Shown here in pieces: positions 49,737 to 60,210 of a DNA stretch of 64,000 nucleotides. The stretch lies in contig AP026135.1 in the NCBI GenBank assembly GCA_030295235.1, positions 1-64,000 on the forward strand, given 5' to 3'. The stretch is from Fistulifera solaris. Taxonomy: Eukaryota. Below the pieces are notes generated by a model. It made no database searches and was not told where the DNA came from. It was given only the letters and a program-made list of their open reading frames with translations. The position numbers and the translations under genes are program-made. Positions within the stretch are counted from its first letter, which is position 1. Each line of letters begins with the position of its first letter.

Positions 49737-51841
49737 ATGATTGGGCGATTCTTTTTGCAACATCAGCGCTATTTCCGTCTTCCGAGAATGCACATTCCCC
49801 GATCATTCGTGACGACGACTACGACCGCCTTTCTTCTCTTTCCTACGAATAATCATCCTTCCTGTCAAGCGTTTTCGATTCCGGGTGTCAATTCTTCATC
49901 GAGTCGAAACACTTTGTTGAAAATGAGTAGTACAAGTAGTTCAGCAACCACAACGACCGACACGGCCGTCGATAAGCCATTCTTGTTGTCGTCTCTTCAC
50001 GACATTCAAAATGCATTAGACAATTCGTGGCCACGGCAATTGAATGCAGAAACACCCGAGAATCTTAGTAAAGCTCGTCAACTAGAACGCTTGTCGGAGG
50101 AGGATGACAATCGACGTAAACGTCCCGTTTACAATGGACATTTCGTCTCGGTGAAACCGACCGGATTGCCCGATGCCCGTCTTATCTTGACATCCGAGTC
50201 GTTGGCGACTGAAACCTTACATCTTGATCCGCAATTCTTGAAAAAGATGACTTTGTGCAATTTGTGGCTGGCAATACAGTATTAGCCGAAACCTGGGCGA
50301 CGCCGTACGCACTGAGTATCATGGGACAACGGTATACGAACAATTGTCCGTACGGAACCGGTAATGGTTACGGCGATGGTCGTGCGATCAGTATTGCCGA
50401 ATTTATGGGACAGGAGTTGCAATTGAAGGGAGCCGGAACGACACCCTTTCATCGTGGAGCGGATGGACGAGCCGTCTTGCGATCGTCGATTCGAGAATTT
50501 TTGGCCAGTGAAGCCATGTTTGCGTTGGGCGTTTCCACCACGCGGGCGTTGAGCTTAGTAGTCAGTGAGAGCTTGACGGTGCAACGACCGTGGTATTCCG
50601 ACAATGCTGTCTTGCAATTGCCGTCGTTGGATGATCCCCGCTTGGCGAAATATTCTCCGGAAGAAAAACAAGCATTGTTACAACAATTGCGTCATCAACA
50701 AAAGGCCGATCCCAATATTTTACAAAGTGAACCGTGTGCGATCACGTGCCGTGTCGCTCCCAGCTTCCTACGCATTGGGCATTTGGATCTTATGGCGCGG
50801 CGGGTGCGAGCCGAAGTCCTACAGGGCAAAAAGAACTTTGTAGCAAAGTCGTTGGCGCAACAAGAATTAGAGCAATTGATTTGGCATGCTTGTTACCGGG
50901 AATTCAAAAGCATTGCGTATGATCCATTCATTGAGTCGAACGATTTGAAATCGGCCGCCCGCGTGTTGTTAGAACAATCGCGACAGAACATTGCCAAAAT
51001 GGTCGCGGATTGGATTCGGGTGGGCTTCGCGCAAGGCAATTTCAATGCCGACAATTGTTTAGTAGCCGGACGAACCATGGATTATGGACCCTTTGGATGG
51101 ATGGACGAATACCATCCGTTGTTTGCCAAATGGACCGGTAGTGGAACGCATTTTGGTTTTATGAATCAACCCAATGCAGCATTAGCGAATTATCAGGTGT
51201 TGGTAGAAAGTGTGCAAGCCGCATTGGATGAAGACGAGGACTTTGTCGATGAATTCGTGCAGCCGGATGTATTCCAGCAAGCACTGGATCGCGTGTTTCG
51301 AACGAAATTGGGTTTTCCAGAGGATGCCGATGTGGCCGATGAGTTGTGGGAATCGTTGGAGCCATTGTTGCGCAAATCACGGACGGACTGGACATTGTTT
51401 TGGAGGGAATTGACGTATTTGGCGAATGATACCACGTTTCAGGAAAAGACACCTTCCGAACTGATGGAACGTTTTCTTTCCAGTCCGACCATCCCAGACG
51501 ATCATAGTATTTTCTACGAACCGCCGTCTTCTGAATTAATAGAAGAATGGACCAAGTGGTTAGCGCAATGGAAAGACGCGGTTTTGGCATTCGATATGAC
51601 GTCCGACAGTTTGAAACGCATGTATCAAGTGAATCCGAAATACGTTTTGCGCGAATGGATGTTAGTGAACGCATACGAAAAGGCGTCACGGGGCGATGAG
51701 AGTGAATTGCACCGTTTGTATTCTTTAATTCAACGTCCGTACGACGAAGGAAGTACCGACGAACAAGAACAATACTATCGCAAAGCTCCATTGGAAGTAT
51801 TAACGAAAGGTGGTACCGGTTTCATGAGCTGATCCAGTTAA
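49737..51841 (+). CDS. SELENOO: Selenoprotein O (SelO/YdiU protein AMPylase), C-terminal Sec encoded by UGA
   Basis: GYGDGRA, ELQLKGAGTTPF.RGADGRAVLRSSIREFLASEAM, SFLRIGH, QGNFNADN, DYGPFG, VNPKYVLREW; ends ATG AGC TGA TCC AGT TAA = M-S-U-S-S-stop; A-run frameshift near 50245. Confidence 0.9.
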
Positions 51842-51940
51842 GCGTCTTTTTGTTGAAGTGTGCATGCGTGTGTGTTTGTTGAAACGGGATGGGTTGTACT
51901 GGAATGGCAATACACACACACACACAGATCGAAAAGACGC
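51842..51940 (+). promoter_or_regulatory. Candidate SECIS element
   Basis: Helix I GCGTCTTTT/AAAAGACGC; core UGAA (51854-57) opposite AGAU (51926-29); helix II from GT/AC runs; unpaired AAA at 51882-84 in the apical region. Folded by eye only. Confidence 0.5.
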
Positions 51941-52659
51941 GAATACAAATGATGACAAAAGCAATAGGCTTTTGGCAACAATGCTTTTGTGTTATACGGA
52001 GTACATGAAACGCAAGATAAACCGGCGAATGACAGTAATTGCATGTATTTTATGGAATTGTTTGAACAGCCGATTTGGATTCCCTTGCGAGTTGGAATAG
52101 AATTTTAATATAAATAATGATGGATTTTTCTATCTATTTTGGCGTGGTGTACCTAGATCCTACATGCAGTCAGAGACGCAAGAGGGTTCAGGTTATCGAA
52201 TTATACCCTCGTTCCCGCATCCCAGTGAGGCAAGGCTTTTATTATGTGCTCTTTTTCTATCCAACGGAAAACCTTGGGCCGATTACTGTCAATAATAATG
52301 TGCACATGGAACTCCTAATTATTGACACGATCTCTGGTGGAAGTGCGCGAGAAAATGGAGGCGAAAAAGTCTTTCTTCGTGACTGCCGTGCCTTTCTAAC
52401 CAGCGGCATACCCTGGACTTTGTAGACGACGACAAAAGCCTTTCGATGCAAGAGAGGATACAATTCATTCGTCTTTTCATTTCATTTGGTTGTTATTAAT
52501 CGTCGTTTAGTAATAACAACTCGAAAGGCTGATTTTGACTCGAATATCGCCCCTTTTCGTTTTTGAAACATCATTGAAAGAAGAAAGGGAGAGACACACA
52601 AAGACTCGCTTCTTCTCCATTTAATTCCTTCAAAAGTTTTTCGCTTACTATTCTTCGAA

Positions 52660-55161
52660 ATGCCCCGCCGCAGTCGTCGTGCCGTCTACGATCCGACTAT
52701 CGAAAATGATCAGTTGATGAAAACAACGCTATTTCGAGATGATCCTTTAGCGATGAATGCGGATCCCGAAGATGACATTCGTCAATGGAGTAACGCTTCT
52801 TCATCTTCTTCCGCGGTGATTTCGAAACGAAAATGGTGTTACATCGTGTCAGCTGTAGCAACCATCGTTCTCATGGTTGTCGTAGGCGTCGCGGTACGCA
52901 ACAACAACAGCCGTGGAAGTAGTAATAATAATACTACAGTCAGTAGCAATTCCGGCAACACCGCCCCCGTCGCAGCACCCGTTGCCGCACCGACGTCCGG
53001 CCAAATTCCTCTCTTAGATCCACCCATTGCGACCTTATCGCAACTCTGTTCTCGTGACCGTGTTCAACAAGCCGATAAACGGGGTCTCTGTGAAGCGGAG
53101 TGTGCCAAGGCGGCTTGTTGTGCTCTCGATTGTGACACGGGTGCGAATGTCGCGACGTGTCAAGCCTACGAAAAGATTTGTGAAATATTGCTGCTGACGG
53201 AAGTCGTGCCCAGTGAAGGAGGTTTAGCGATGCCTCCCAACAATTTGTCGCAATTCTGTGCCTTAGATCAGTTAATGAGTTTACAAGGCTATCAAACCTG
53301 TGAAACCATGTGTCAAGTGGCCTCGTGCTGTCATTTGCCCATGAGTGATCCGACGAGCTGCAATGTCCCCTATCACACCGAGTGCCTCGCCTATCATTCG
53401 GTTTGTGGCGTCCTCGAACATGTGTCGGCGCCGGAACAAAGCCAAGCCAAAGAACTCGATTTGCCATCGGAGGAAATCGCCGACTGGTGTGCCCTCGAAC
53501 AATTGCAAACACTCGAAGGATACGAAACGTGTCGCAAGGCTTGTGAACCGGCTAGCTGTTGTACGGCAACACAAGAATCATCGCAACTGAATTGTTTTCA
53601 AGAATATGCGTACGAATGTGATGCCTACGCAGAACCCTGTGGTGCATTGTTGCGAGTGGTGCCTCCCCCTCCCGACAATTTGCCCGCTCTCTGTGGGGTC
53701 GACCAATTGCAAACTGTAGCTGGCTATGAAACATGTGAAGACATGTGTGAACGAGCCTCGTGTTGTCACGAAGGAATGCAGCTGTCGTGTGCGTCCGATC
53801 CACTCTGTTTGGAATATCAAGGACCGTGTAGTATTTTAGAGACGGCCGTCAAGCCCAGTTCGGCGGAAACACCCGTGGCGGCCAATCAAGGAGTGAGTTC
53901 GAACCGCATGCATCCGCCTCCGTCGTTTATTTCGGAACAATGTACGGAAGAAAATATTTCAGCGTCGACAGAAGGACGTCAACGATGTTCCGATATTTGT
54001 GTCGAAGCTCTCTGTTGCAATTATCCTAGCAATTTGCCGGAATTGTCTTGTTTGGCCGGTAACGAGGATATCTGTGCCGAGTATTTTTCTTATTGTGCCC
54101 TGTTGGATGTAGCCTCGAGTGTGGATGATGCAGAAAGTCCGATGAAACCGCCATCGGAGTGGTCACACGAATACTCTGCTACTGACATTTATACAGCCTG
54201 TGCGGACTTGAGCACTCCCGATGGCATTCAACAATGCCATGATGTGTGCACCGAAGCTCGCTGCTGTTACTCGACGGGTACCGATAGTTGCATAGACGAC
54301 GAGCGCTGCGATGATTTTGATATGTGCTTCAACTACAAGGCATTGTCTTACATTCATGAGGATATTCCTACCTTGATTGCTAGTAACTGTGCGGATTTGG
54401 AGAGTTTGGAAGGACTTGAATTGTGCGAGGCCTCGTGTGAACAGGCCGAGTGCTGCTTTGCGGAAGGTGAAACATTTGATTGTGAAGGTGTTGATTTGAG
54501 TTTTTGCAGTCAATATGCTGCCTGTGAAGTCCTGGTTCGAGAGAACCTTGGTGATCCGGATCAAATGTCCGATCTTATTGGAAAGAATTGTGATGATTTA
54601 GTGACTTTGAATGGAATTCAAGTGTGTCAGGCCTTGTGTGAACCGGCTGTCTGCTGCTACACAAACGACAATACGATTGATTGCCAGGAAGAGGATCTGA
54701 ATGTTTGCGGATACGGATACCAAGAATGCGAGAACTTGTTTGATTTAGCAGTGGAGGACAGGTCTCGAATATCTAACTTGGTTGAACAAAATTGTGCTGA
54801 TTTGGTGAGCTTGGAAGGTCGCGAATTGTGTGAGGCGTCGTGTAAACCGGCCATCTGCTGCTTTGCAAATGGCGCTGCAAATGATTGTGAGGATCGAAGA
54901 CTGAGTTATTGTGGTCAATATCAAGCATGTGAAGCCTTCTTTGAAAATGAGCTTGGTGAAGATGAGAATGATGTTATCACTGTACCTGACAACGAGCCCT
55001 CACGCGAGCAAATTGAGCTGGCGTGTCAAATTTCCAATTTGAACTACGAAGGTTGTTTGACTCTTTGCGACAAGGGACGATGTTGTTGGAACAGTGACGA
55101 AACCATTTGTTCCAGCGGAATAGATTGTTCGACGTATGATTCATGTGCCATTTTGGTGTGA
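52660..55161 (+). CDS. Single-pass (type II-like) membrane protein with 10 acidic Cys-rich repeats
   Basis: Intact 833-aa ORF; TM WCYIVSAVATIVLMVVVGVAV near aa 59-79; repeated C-x3-C-x2-A-x-CC...C-x2-Y-x2/3-C units. Confidence 0.85.
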   Translation: MPRRSRRAVYDPTIENDQLMKTTLFRDDPLAMNADPEDDIRQWSNASSSSSAVISKRKWCYIVSAVATIVLMVVVGVAVRNNNSRGSSNNNTTVSSNSGNTAPVAAPVAAPTSGQIPLLDPPIATLSQLCSRDRVQQADKRGLCEAECAKAACCALDCDTGANVATCQAYEKICEILLLTEVVPSEGGLAMPPNNLSQFCALDQLMSLQGYQTCETMCQVASCCHLPMSDPTSCNVPYHTECLAYHSVCGVLEHVSAPEQSQAKELDLPSEEIADWCALEQLQTLEGYETCRKACEPASCCTATQESSQLNCFQEYAYECDAYAEPCGALLRVVPPPPDNLPALCGVDQLQTVAGYETCEDMCERASCCHEGMQLSCASDPLCLEYQGPCSILETAVKPSSAETPVAANQGVSSNRMHPPPSFISEQCTEENISASTEGRQRCSDICVEALCCNYPSNLPELSCLAGNEDICAEYFSYCALLDVASSVDDAESPMKPPSEWSHEYSATDIYTACADLSTPDGIQQCHDVCTEARCCYSTGTDSCIDDERCDDFDMCFNYKALSYIHEDIPTLIASNCADLESLEGLELCEASCEQAECCFAEGETFDCEGVDLSFCSQYAACEVLVRENLGDPDQMSDLIGKNCDDLVTLNGIQVCQALCEPAVCCYTNDNTIDCQEEDLNVCGYGYQECENLFDLAVEDRSRISNLVEQNCADLVSLEGRELCEASCKPAICCFANGAANDCEDRRLSYCGQYQACEAFFENELGEDENDVITVPDNEPSREQIELACQISNLNYEGCLTLCDKGRCCWNSDETICSSGIDCSTYDSCAILV

Positions 55162-55355
55162 GCAAACTCAAAGAAAGTACACGAACTTTTCAAGATCAGA
55201 TGATAAAAAAGACAAATAAATTCACTGGAAACTTCTGTCTCATTTTTGTTTAACTGTTTAACACGACAAGAATGGGGAGCGTCGAAGCTAACCGTACCGT
55301 TTAAAAAGCACGAGTTGCTTATCTCTTCTTAATCCGATACTTCCGTTCCTGTTAT

Positions 55356-56648
55356 TCAACGGACACGCAATGGTCGATACTTGCGATAATAGAGGGGAGA
55401 CGACCAATACAAGAGCGGATTCAGACCAATCCTTGCAGAATCGTAACGTTGTTGCATGCCGTACCACGCCCCCTCACCTTGCGCCGCATCTTCCTTCATC
55501 TCAGTACGACCACCTCCATGATTCAGCTCTTGGAAATGACTCCTCATATACGCCGACAAATCGGCACGACTTCCACATGTACTCGCATGACCGGCATCGG
55601 GTACCATACGAACGCGGGAATTGGGCAATATTTCCTTCAAACGGATGGCTTCTTCCGACGACGGCAATGTCTCATCCCGTTCTCCGATCACAATCAATGT
55701 ACGTAGATTTGGATGTACATTTGAAAGTGTTTTCAACCGAGTCGCGATGTAGTGACATCCTGTTTTCAGCCATGCGTGCAAACGCCAATCGAGAGTGGAA
55801 GGTGTTACAGTGGGGATAACAAAGGGCAAAGAAAAGGCCACACGACCCATGTACGCTTCCCGCATGGGATTGTCGATCACACTCGGCAAAGCTTGTGCCG
55901 TGAGTATCAGTAGGAGTTGTTGAAACGAGTGTTCATCGGTAAAGAGGGGAAGTAATTGCAGTAACCCGGCCGGATAGTTCCACCATGGTAGTTGAGCCAC
56001 GGGAGGGCCCTCTCGCGCTAATCGAGATCGGTCATAAGAGGTAGCTGGATTAATCAAGACAAGCCCTTTCAACAGATCTAACAGCTGGTTGCCATCGGCT
56101 ATTTGTAAGGCAACGTTGCAAGCCAGAAGACCCCCAAAGGATTCTCCCATCAAGTAGACGGGTCTCTGGGTTGTCATCGTTTCTTGTTGAATGTATCGCA
56201 CGACACACTCGGTTAATTGTGCAAAAGAAGAGCGATCGGAAGTCGAAATTGTCATACAACGAACATCGAAAATGGTTCCCAGTTCCGGAAATTGTAAAAA
56301 AGGACAGAGAAAGGTTCCATCAAAGCCGGGCAAATATAGTAAGAGAGGTTTCTCAGACAGTGAATTGTTCTCGTATTCTTCCACTGTGACAGGATATCCG
56401 TATTCGAGTAGCGGTGAAATGAATCGAACGCCTATATTCTCTATTGGTGAGCTGAACGAATCCACCAGAGCGTTGCGAATGATCATCATCCGACGACAAC
56501 TACGGTCTAAGTTCCCTTTCTGCTTTCCTCGATCCGATGGCGACGACCATCGACGAGAACGCGTCCAAGGGAAAAGGAATCCAGCACAACAGGAAAGCCC
56601 GACTATTAAAACAAATGAGAGCAACGATTGTCGATGTCTAGTTATCAT
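55356..56648 (-). CDS. Alpha/beta hydrolase (esterase/lipase; resembles the hydrolase half of phytyl ester synthase/ELT proteins), signal peptide
   Basis: LLYLPGFDG, nucleophile GESFGG, LINPATS, GERDETLPS, GHA; hydrophobic N-terminus. Confidence 0.85.
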   Translation of the reverse strand: MITRHRQSLLSFVLIVGLSCCAGFLFPWTRSRRWSSPSDRGKQKGNLDRSCRRMMIIRNALVDSFSSPIENIGVRFISPLLEYGYPVTVEEYENNSLSEKPLLLYLPGFDGTFLCPFLQFPELGTIFDVRCMTISTSDRSSFAQLTECVVRYIQQETMTTQRPVYLMGESFGGLLACNVALQIADGNQLLDLLKGLVLINPATSYDRSRLAREGPPVAQLPWWNYPAGLLQLLPLFTDEHSFQQLLLILTAQALPSVIDNPMREAYMGRVAFSLPFVIPTVTPSTLDWRLHAWLKTGCHYIATRLKTLSNVHPNLRTLIVIGERDETLPSSEEAIRLKEILPNSRVRMVPDAGHASTCGSRADLSAYMRSHFQELNHGGGRTEMKEDAAQGEGAWYGMQQRYDSARIGLNPLLYWSSPLYYRKYRPLRVR

Positions 56649-57325
56649 CCTGAATACTTCATCTTATTTTTTGCGACGCAATGACACGAAAATAAAAAAA
56701 AGTCGATGCATGCTGTCTCAAGACTGAATCCAGTCGCGGATCAGTGAGCCCACACTTGAAGCTATAGTGAATCATCGAGACCGGCAACATCCAAATCCAC
56801 TTTGGAAGAAAGCAAATCGAATCCAGTTTTCCATTTCTTAGGAAATTGTCCTTTCATGGCATAAGATTCTTCATCAAAGTCTAATTGTTAGGGCAAAACG
56901 TGAATTTACGCAACAATTGGATGTTCGTCTCATGACTGAAATCCAGTCTTGGGGCTGATCAGCAGAGGCGGACGTTTGAAGAAATAATCATTGACAAAAG
57001 CGGTGACAATAATCGGTGTCTCTTGATCATCTCGTATGCATCTTCAACATGCGCATCAATTCTTTGTTGTTTTGTTTTGCCTCCATGTTTGTCTTCAAAT
57101 TAATCAATAGCTCATGCCGGCGGATTCACTATAGTCTTAAAGTGTAGTCTGGTTTTCGTCAAGGGTTGCTTGGGTACCGGTAGGATAACTTGTGAAGCAC
57201 GTGCTTTGCGGGTTTCGTGCAAAACCGCAAATCTGCCAAACCGAAAAAAGCCGACAATAACCGCAAAGTCAATCGATGATGGATGAGATTCAACAATAAT
57301 TCCACAAAGAGTCACGAAAGCAACC

Positions 57326-59452
57326 ATGACAAGAACACCAACAGAAGCAGCAACGAAAGATCTACGTATAGCGTGTCTACTTCCGTCGGCCACGGACATT
57401 TGTGTTGCCTTGGGTTTATCGCAACAAATTGTCGGCATTACACACGAGTGTCACTTTCATTCTTCAGATTCGAATCAGAAAATACACATTTTGACGCGCG
57501 ATGGTTTGCAAGCCGCTGATAAGACACAAATGGAAATTCACGTGCGTGTTCAGGAACAGCAACAAATGTGTCGCATGCCGAAGGAAGATACGATTTCTTC
57601 GAAGGCGAGTGAAAGTGTGCCTTCATTGTATCCCATTGATGTGGATGCCTTGCGACAAGCAGCTCCGGATTTGATTATTACGCAAGACTTGTGTGCCGTA
57701 TGCGCTCCTTCCGTGTCCCAGGTTAAAGGATTATTGAGGGCAAACAATACCACACGAATACTTTCCCTTTCGCCGCAATCATTAAGCGATGTTTTGCAGA
57801 CCTTTGTTACTATCGCCACCGCCTGTGGTGTTCCAGAACGAGGGATTCAATTGCGCGATACGCTGCAACAGCAGTTGCATCAACTAAAATCAATCATTCA
57901 TTCCTTTCGTCGTCAACAGCCATCACCACGGTTACTGTTTTTGGAATGGTTAGATCCACCCTTTGATGCGGGCCATTGGATTTTGGATATGATGGAATAT
58001 GCCGGTCTTCAAAATGCGTTTGACAACAATCAACAGCGACCACGCAAATCAGGTGTCCGCTCATGGGATGCTATCACAAATACAACAAGTCCTGATGTGA
58101 TTCTTATTGCTTGCTGTGGTTTCGATGTCGAACGAAATGCCCAAGATGCTGTAACGCATTCGCATCATTTACAGCGGGTCATCGCGGCAAGTAGAAACGC
58201 CAATGCTCCCATTTATGCTACCAATGGTGATCGGTATTTTACATGTCCCGGTCCACAATTGGTTACGGTTGGGGTGGTCTTGCTGGCTATGGCTGCGTAC
58301 CGTCATGAGTATCCGGATATGATTGCCGCCATTCAAGCTTTGCCGTGGGTCCAAATGTGGCTGCCGGACGATTTGACGGAACATTATTTACGTCCTGTTA
58401 CGTTGTCGTCTTCACCAACGGTAGCGTCGCTTCGTACTGTAGACGAAACGAGGATTGCGGACATTGAAGATTGCCCAAACGCTGGCTGCGATGCTGGAAA
58501 AGACTGTGTGGACGACACCATGGGACATTCCGAACAGTTAGGCTGGGACAAATTACACGATGAAGCATGTCAAGCAAGACAGTTGACCTACACAGATCCT
58601 GATTCTGGTTATTCCGTCTTTACCGAATTGGCGCATCGACAGCGTGGCAAATGTTGTGGATCCGGATGTCGTCATTGCCCTTACCATCACATGAATGTAC
58701 GCGACAAGGCAACGAAAATCCAGCAGCCGGCTTGGCTGTTCTTACCAACCACTGTAGAAGAACATGACGTGTTTACATCGTTATCGCAAGCTCACAACAA
58801 TGTCCGAGTCCTCTTTTTCAGTGGAGGCAAGGATTCGTTCTTGACGATTCGTGCACTGGCACGTCAAGCCGCACGCTTCCCGTTGGTATTATTGACGACA
58901 TTTGATGCCACTTCCCGCGTGGTCGCACACCAAGAGGTGTCGATTCAGCAGATTCTTCGACAAGCACAACACCTCCAATTGCCTTTATTGGGCGTCCCAT
59001 TGCATCGTCATCATGCCAACTCCAATTCTCTGTCGTACGTACAACGCATTCAACAAGCATTGGCCGTTATTGAAGAACACGTGGCCAAAGTCACTGGTAC
59101 GACACCAGGTGATGCCATCCATGCTCTGGTATTTGGGGATTTGCATTTGGAACACATCCGCGATTGGCGCAAGGACCAACTGGGTGGATTGTACCGGATG
59201 GAATACCCTCTCTGGAAAGTGGATTACGCAACTTTGGCACAGGATTTGGAGCTCTCGAGTGTCCCGTGTATTGTGAGCAGTTCTACGGTGGATACAGTTC
59301 AAGTGGGTGAGCGCTATGATGCCTTGTTTCGCGAACGACTCAAAGCAGCGGGAGCGACCATCGATCTATTTGGTGAGAATGGTGAGTTTCACACGCTTGC
59401 TCAAGTCTGGGAAGTGGATTGGTGGGATGCTCTGGGTTACCAGTACTACTAG
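57326..59452 (+). CDS. Triple fusion: BtuF-like class III substrate-binding domain + DUF5522-like Cys motif + DUF71/Dph6-like PP-loop ATPase
   Basis: RIACLLPSATDI..ALG...VGITHEC, PDLIITQDLCAVCA, LEWLDPPF.AGHW, CGF, YF.CPGP; YTDPDSGYSVFT...RGKCCGSGCRHCPY; FSGGKDS, FGDLHLEHIRDWR, GENGEFHT; intact 708-aa ORF. Confidence 0.88.
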   Translation: MTRTPTEAATKDLRIACLLPSATDICVALGLSQQIVGITHECHFHSSDSNQKIHILTRDGLQAADKTQMEIHVRVQEQQQMCRMPKEDTISSKASESVPSLYPIDVDALRQAAPDLIITQDLCAVCAPSVSQVKGLLRANNTTRILSLSPQSLSDVLQTFVTIATACGVPERGIQLRDTLQQQLHQLKSIIHSFRRQQPSPRLLFLEWLDPPFDAGHWILDMMEYAGLQNAFDNNQQRPRKSGVRSWDAITNTTSPDVILIACCGFDVERNAQDAVTHSHHLQRVIAASRNANAPIYATNGDRYFTCPGPQLVTVGVVLLAMAAYRHEYPDMIAAIQALPWVQMWLPDDLTEHYLRPVTLSSSPTVASLRTVDETRIADIEDCPNAGCDAGKDCVDDTMGHSEQLGWDKLHDEACQARQLTYTDPDSGYSVFTELAHRQRGKCCGSGCRHCPYHHMNVRDKATKIQQPAWLFLPTTVEEHDVFTSLSQAHNNVRVLFFSGGKDSFLTIRALARQAARFPLVLLTTFDATSRVVAHQEVSIQQILRQAQHLQLPLLGVPLHRHHANSNSLSYVQRIQQALAVIEEHVAKVTGTTPGDAIHALVFGDLHLEHIRDWRKDQLGGLYRMEYPLWKVDYATLAQDLELSSVPCIVSSSTVDTVQVGERYDALFRERLKAAGATIDLFGENGEFHTLAQVWEVDWWDALGYQYY

Positions 59453-60210
59453 GAATAGGGTATCCATGAGGGAAGCGCCACGCTATTCTTTGACAGACTC
59501 ACAAGATAGTTTGCTTCGGCGTATATTAGCCGGTGCATAGGGCGAAGTTCAAAGCAAATCCCGTGTTCATCAGATTCTGTATCATAATCATATTTTATAA
59601 AAGAATTTCTTCCGTATTATATACTATCCTTACATATGAATTAATTATCATCTTCATTTGAGACGCAACTATTTGCAACGAAAAGCATCCGTATTGTCGA
59701 CTGCCATTTTCACTATGGTATTAAAGTGTAAGTTGTACGCGATTGCGACTAAATTTCAGTCAGTTGGAACGCCACCGAAGCAATGAGAGCACCAAAGTCG
59801 TTCACAAACAAAAGCGCGAAGTCTATAATCAAATGCCATGGAAATACCATTATATGAACTAACTGTCATCTTCATTTTTGAGACGCAACAATTTGCATTC
59901 GAACAATCGTTAGCCGAGATGAAGTCAGTCATGAATTTTGTCCGTTGGTGTTTTTGAATTTACCCAAGACTACTCTTTATACTATTGCCTAATTTCTAGT
60001 CGTATACCGATCGGCTCAGAATGCACTTAAAACTACAACGTGTTACGCTCTTTTTTGCAATGCAATGCAATGCATCGCAACGCAAGAAAGGCAACAGGTA
60101 CCGGTACCAGGTAACAAGCAGTTAGTTTACCGAAGATTAGTACATTGAGAGACTTGTAGTTTACTTCCTTTTATTCTGTCACCCCTCATCTAGTATCTTA
60201 TCTTGTTGCA

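Noticed and set aside
51945..51995. Alternative SECIS at the ATGA-acaaaagca/tgcttttgt hairpin
   Set aside because: Forms a stem but lacks a correctly placed 3' GA for the quartet
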